From positions 25,336-89,335 of the forward strand of contig CANJSG010000001.1 of the NCBI GenBank assembly GCA_947476875.1: a stretch of 64,000 bases of DNA, in the 5' to 3' direction. Below the pieces are notes generated by a model. The model was not told where the DNA came from and searched no databases. It was given only the letters and a program-made list of their open reading frames with translations. Source of the stretch: Verrucomicrobiota bacterium. Lineage in GTDB: Bacteria; Verrucomicrobiota; Verrucomicrobiia; Limisphaerales; CANJSG01. Made by a program: the position numbers and the translations under genes. The first letter of the stretch is position 1. Each line of letters starts with the position of its first letter. Of the stretch, positions 60,006 through 64,000 are shown in pieces.

Positions 60006-61841
60006 TCAGGGCAGCGGAGTCACCGTGTAGAAGCTGGTCGAGTTGGTGATGCCAGCGTCGGTGAACCGGGTGACGGTCGCAGTTGCCAGGATGTTCGTGA
60101 CGGTCACGGGGATGTTTGTCACTCCCTCGCTCCGGCCTATGCGGTAGGTCCTGCCGGGCACGGACGAGAAGATCACCTGCGGCACCGTGCGGATGCTCAG
60201 GGCGAAACCCGAGAGCGGATCCAGCGGGTTTGTTCCGGCCTGATACTCCTCGATGTTGGTCCTGCCATCGTTGTCGGGGTCCTGACCGGCTCCAACGCGG
60301 GGATCGGAGAGGTAACCGGCGCCAAAGAACTGGAAACGCCATGCGTTGGGCACCCCGTCGTCCACGGCGTAGAGCTTCAGGTAGGTCTGGCTGTAGACGG
60401 ACGAGATGTCGAAGCCGTTGAAGTAGGCCTGCGCCCGGATGGTCGCGTTGGTCGTCAGATTGATCGGACCGGCGTAGAGCAGGGACGTCGCCGACGGACT
60501 CGACCCGTCGATCGTGTAGCGGACCTGCCCGAACCCGAGGGCGTTGGACAGGGTCACGGAGACCGAGTTGGTGTAGAGTCCGCCGTTCGGAAAGAACGCG
60601 ATGTCAGGATTGACCGGGGGCTGAGGAGCGGCCACCGGCTCGATCAGGAGGTCAGAGTTCAGATATGAAGCGAAATTGCTGTTGTCCGCGCCCCGGCCTA
60701 ACGCGATTTCGACCGTATCGCCGGTGGAAAGAGCCACTTCATTGGTGTAACCAAACCGAGCCGAGCCCGCCAGGAAGGCCCCCTTGACCAAGACTCCGTT
60801 CACAATGACATGGAAGTCGGTATCGCCCTGCCCGGATGGAAACGAAGGGCTCGCCCATGCTGTGACCCGATAGTTGCTGTTGCTTGGAACAACGAACCGG
60901 GCAACGGCATAGTTGTCCGGATTTCCAGAAGGGCCGGGGTTGAGGGTGACTCCTCCCACCGGGATGACCGCCTGCACCGAATAGGGAGAGGGCCCGGTAT
61001 TCTGCCGAACCAAGGACTCGCTTCCCTGAACTCTCATCCAGCCGAGGAAAAACGAGTTTCCGTCTGCCGCGGAATATCGCTCACCGTAGGGAACAAACCC
61101 ACCATTGGTGGTGGATTTGTAGCCCAGCGTCCACCTGTTGGAGGGGTTTGTCGCAATTGGAAACTGTTGGGAAAGCTGGTAGCTCGGGCTGGCTGCCGCG
61201 TTGGCGGAAATAATCGCGCCAATCTTCAAGCCCGATCCCGATAGGTTGTTGTCCGCGCCGCGGCCCGAAGCGAAATCGATCGTCCCGCCAGCCGAAAGAT
61301 TGGTCGTGAAAGTGTAACTTGTGGCGACCGTCGCCGGAAGAGCATTGGAGAGGAAAGCCCCGCCATTGATGCGGATGTGGAAATCGGTGTCGCCGGAACT
61401 CGCCCCGTTCAAGTAGTTGGTGACTCCCACAGTTACTGAGTAAACGCCTCCAGTCGGGGCGGTAAAACGAATGGCTCCATAGTCGGCCGAAGTGTTTGCG
61501 AAGCCGCCGAAGATCAGAACGGTTCCAGGTGGGTAGACCCCTTGCCCTCCATCCGAAGTTCCGGTGTTGAAGTAGAACTTAACAACCTCGGGGAGAGAAT
61601 CGGCCACGCGGTTCCAACGCATTTCTGCTGCACCGTTGCCATAGTCGACACGTTGAAGATTCGAGAACTGGACGAACTTTGAAGTGATGTTCGTCAGGTA
61701 TCCGTGCGCCCAGACACCCGATGGGTTCTGGTTGGTCGAATAGTCCGCGGACAGGTTGTAGGTCGCAAGCTGGGCGCTCGCGCCAATTACGGTTCCGAAC
61801 ACCGCAACCCCAGCGATAATGATTTCCATGAGTCGTTTCAT
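60006..61841 (-). CDS. Secreted protein with internal duplication, CHB_HEX_C-like domain and thrombospondin-type-3-like Asp motif
   Basis: Signal peptide (MKRLMEIIIAGVAVFGTVIGASA). Two ~200-aa repeats (..GDTDFHIRINGG...TIDFASGRGADNN.. and ..GDTDFHVIVNGV...TVEIALGRGADNS..). Then YTNSVSVTLS...VRYTIDGSSP, and QDPDNDGRTNIEEYQAGTNPLDP. Confidence 0.75.
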   Translation of the reverse strand: MKRLMEIIIAGVAVFGTVIGASAQLATYNLSADYSTNQNPSGVWAHGYLTNITSKFVQFSNLQRVDYGNGAAEMRWNRVADSLPEVVKFYFNTGTSDGGQGVYPPGTVLIFGGFANTSADYGAIRFTAPTGGVYSVTVGVTNYLNGASSGDTDFHIRINGGAFLSNALPATVATSYTFTTNLSAGGTIDFASGRGADNNLSGSGLKIGAIISANAAASPSYQLSQQFPIATNPSNRWTLGYKSTTNGGFVPYGERYSAADGNSFFLGWMRVQGSESLVRQNTGPSPYSVQAVIPVGGVTLNPGPSGNPDNYAVARFVVPSNSNYRVTAWASPSFPSGQGDTDFHVIVNGVLVKGAFLAGSARFGYTNEVALSTGDTVEIALGRGADNSNFASYLNSDLLIEPVAAPQPPVNPDIAFFPNGGLYTNSVSVTLSNALGFGQVRYTIDGSSPSATSLLYAGPINLTTNATIRAQAYFNGFDISSVYSQTYLKLYAVDDGVPNAWRFQFFGAGYLSDPRVGAGQDPDNDGRTNIEEYQAGTNPLDPLSGFALSIRTVPQVIFSSVPGRTYRIGRSEGVTNIPVTVTNILATATVTRFTDAGITNSTSFYTVTPLP

Positions 61842-61999
61842 ACATTTTTTCTCCTAATGGCACACGCGGGATACCCAACGGCCGGTTTGGAGGCAAGTGA
61901 CGAATCTGCATTCTGGACAAATGTGCTCCAGATCGGAACCAGCCACTGAAGCTGCAATAGGAACCGACGGCCAGCGGGAGAATTCTGGCCCCTAGTGGG

Positions 62000-62824
62000 T
62001 CAGAAAGCTGCACCAATGCCATCACCCGGCCACCAGTGACGATCCGGCTGGTCCTGGAAGTAGAGAAACTTGCGGCCGGTCTTCTCGGCAAATTTGGCCA
62101 ACATGACCGACTGCTGCGAATTGTCGCTGAGGACGATGGAACCCGGGTGCAGGCAATGCTCGATGGCGAGGAACTCGGCCCACTCGTATTCCGGCCGGTG
62201 GTCGCTGTCGTGGAGGAAGAGGTCCACCGGTTGGCTGAACTTCTTGAGAGTCTCCACGGAATCGCCCAGGACGATCTCGCCAACATCGCGGTATTCCGGA
62301 AGGAACAGATGGCCGCAGTCCGCGATGATGTCGGTGGCGTAGACACGTCCCGGAGATCCTTCGGCCGCATTCCTCTTGAGCGCGGCGGCGATGACCACCG
62401 TGCCGAGGCCGCGGTCGACGCCGGTTTCCACGATCACCTTGGGCTTCAACGCGCGGACGAGCGCATACCACCCGATGCGCCGGCCGTAGCGCGGCTCGGT
62501 GTCGGAGTTGTGGCGATCGGGCGAGGCCAGGGTGGCGGCGACGAGCCTGTCGTGCAGGGTCCGGTCCTCCTCCAGTTCGCGGCAGTAGCCTTCGATCTCC
62601 TGCCAAGGCCGGCCGGCCACGACGGCGGTGAACTCGGCGAGGTAGCGGCGGTTCAACGGCGTGAGGTGGTAGGTGTGGTTGTAATACTCCTTGGACGTGA
62701 AGGCCCATGAGGCCATGCGCCCGGCCTGCTTGAGGGCTTGGAGCCACGCCCAGCCGAGGCGGAACGGGATCAACGCCAACCTGCCGGCGGCGGTGTGGCG
62801 GACAAAGCTGCGAAGTGAGCTCAT
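62000..62824 (-). CDS. Class I SAM-dependent methyltransferase (Methyltransf_24-like)
   Basis: VIVETGVDRGLGTVVIA (motif I-like) and DLFLHDSDHRPEYEWAEF. 274 aa. Abuts the TylF-like gene with no intergenic gap. Confidence 0.65.
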   Translation of the reverse strand: MSSLRSFVRHTAAGRLALIPFRLGWAWLQALKQAGRMASWAFTSKEYYNHTYHLTPLNRRYLAEFTAVVAGRPWQEIEGYCRELEEDRTLHDRLVAATLASPDRHNSDTEPRYGRRIGWYALVRALKPKVIVETGVDRGLGTVVIAAALKRNAAEGSPGRVYATDIIADCGHLFLPEYRDVGEIVLGDSVETLKKFSQPVDLFLHDSDHRPEYEWAEFLAIEHCLHPGSIVLSDNSQQSVMLAKFAEKTGRKFLYFQDQPDRHWWPGDGIGAAF

Positions 62825-63580
62825 TTAGGCCGAGGGCTTGATGGCGAGGCGGCCGGTGTAGTCGAGCCGGCTCAGGAACGGACGGGGTTTGAGCTTCGCA
62901 AAGTATTCATCAACGGCCCGCTTGGCGCCTTCCCAGTGGCCGTAATCGTCGATGATCAGGGGTCCGCCGGGCGCAAGCAGGGGGTAGAGATGGACCAACT
63001 CGTGGACCGTGGATTCATACCAGTCCGTATCGAGCCGCAGGAGGGCGATCCTTTCCGGCAACGTCTTGGGAATCGAGTCCTCGACCTTGCCTTTCACAAA
63101 ATGCATCCGCTCCATCGGATACCCGGTGAGTGCCATGTTCCGGCGGACGAACTCGACGCCGGCATAACACCAGTAGTTCTCGACGCCCTCCTTCTTGTCC
63201 GCTTCATCCAGCACGGCTTCGGCCTTGGTGCCGTCGAACATGACGTCGGCGTCGGTCGGGGCCGACATGCCCTCGAACGTGTCGTAGAGATAGAGGTCGC
63301 GGGAGGTGTCGCCGAGGTCCTTCAGGAGTTTGGCGGCGATCATCATGCTGCCGCCGCGCCACACACCGCATTCGACGATGGCGCCGGGGATCCCGTTTTC
63401 GTGGACGTAGCGGACCGCATCGAGCATCCCGAGATTGCGGCCGAGGCTGGCGGCGGTGTGGGGTTTGGCCAGGTCGATTGTGGCCGCCTCTTCCGGCCGG
63501 AGGCCCGTGCTCATCCGGATGATCTCAAATCCGCGCTTGTTGAAGAACCGCTGAACGATCGGCTTGAGTTGTTCTATCAT
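62825..63580 (-). CDS. TylF/MycF family (macrocin-type) O-methyltransferase
   Basis: IPGAIVECGVWRGGSMMIAA, LYLYDTFEGM, LLRLDTDWYESTVHEL and LIIDDYGHWEGAKRAVDEY are the canonical TylF blocks. Confidence 0.88.
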   Translation of the reverse strand: MIEQLKPIVQRFFNKRGFEIIRMSTGLRPEEAATIDLAKPHTAASLGRNLGMLDAVRYVHENGIPGAIVECGVWRGGSMMIAAKLLKDLGDTSRDLYLYDTFEGMSAPTDADVMFDGTKAEAVLDEADKKEGVENYWCYAGVEFVRRNMALTGYPMERMHFVKGKVEDSIPKTLPERIALLRLDTDWYESTVHELVHLYPLLAPGGPLIIDDYGHWEGAKRAVDEYFAKLKPRPFLSRLDYTGRLAIKPSA

Positions 63581-63592
63581 CGCAAAATTGTC

Positions 63593-64000
63593 TCAGGGTT
63601 TCTTGGCAACCTTGAACCGCACCCGGTTCCGCAGGCTCTGCCGATGAAGCAGGGTCAGGCCGTTCTTCGCGACATTGAAGACGCGGGCCAACCCGGGCAT
63701 GACCCTGGAAAGCGGGCTTCGATCCGGTTTGTAGTCGACCTCGGGTTTGATCGCCGGGTCCCAGCGCGGCGTGTAGTCGCTCTGCTGGGGCGCCGCCTCG
63801 AAGATGGACTTCACCTCGACGCGGCGGGCTTCTACCCAAAGATGCAGCGGCAGCGTGTTAACCACCTCGACCCGCTGCCGGATCTTCTCCGGATCGGCGA
63901 CCTCATACCAGCGGCCGTAGGGCCCGACGATGTGCGCGACCATGCGTTCCACGACAAAGCCATTGGGCGCCGACAAGGCCTGGTAGAACAACTCCGGACT
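63593..64000 (-). CDS. Hypothetical protein, N-terminus beyond window edge
   Basis: The frame is open from base 64000 to the stop at 63593 (..SPELFYQALSAPNGFVVERMVAHIVGPYGRWYEVADPEKIRQ...). It lies 12 nt upstream of the TylF-like gene on the same strand. I recognise no family. Confidence 0.45.
   Translation of the reverse strand, partial: SPELFYQALSAPNGFVVERMVAHIVGPYGRWYEVADPEKIRQRVEVVNTLPLHLWVEARRVEVKSIFEAAPQQSDYTPRWDPAIKPEVDYKPDRSPLSRVMPGLARVFNVAKNGLTLLHRQSLRNRVRFKVAKKP

Overview
GC-rich bacterial chromosomal segment. Gene content and protein style (HEAT-tailed sulfatase, vWA-type anti-sigma factor, very large secreted proteins, abundant palindromic repeats) suggest a PVC-group organism, probably Verrucomicrobiota; this is inference only. 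I can support about 45 protein-coding genes, one tRNA-Leu(UAG), three decayed genes and several families of palindromic or tandem repeats.

Mostly core or housekeeping content:
- Replication, transcription and translation: dnaG, rsmB, dinB, a long GreA-like factor, an Rsm22-like methyltransferase and an SF2 helicase.
- Metabolism and transport: folK, corA, a polyprenyl synthase and comB.
- Efflux and resistance: a MacAB-type ABC efflux operon, a Cus/Czc-type RND metal-efflux operon with small Cys-rich periplasmic proteins, and a TetA-like MFS pump.
- Regulation: a sigma54 two-component pair abutting a GT39-like membrane glycosyltransferase.

Most interesting locus (15.4-27.6 kb):
- An ECF sigma factor is translationally coupled to a 1,238-aa vWA-domain anti-sigma factor.
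- Downstream lies a 2,409-aa open reading frame made of two paralogous halves with no domain I can name.
- A 147-bp element with perfect 31-32-bp terminal inverted repeats sits in frame exactly at the junction of the two halves.
- Related inverted-repeat elements occur at least four more times in the window.

Other points:
- A small decayed accessory islet flanks the tRNA-Leu. It holds a T5orf172 remnant and a nucleotidyltransferase-like gene with an in-frame TAG.
- The toxin gene of a DUF433/DUF5615 pair is frameshifted.
- Heptanucleotide tandem repeats lie at or near three gene starts (two in upstream regions, one in the first codons of a CDS).
- I found no rRNA, no CRISPR array and no intact integrase or transposase.
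- Many long ORFs in the supplied track are antisense or shadow ORFs typical of high-GC DNA and are not reported as genes.
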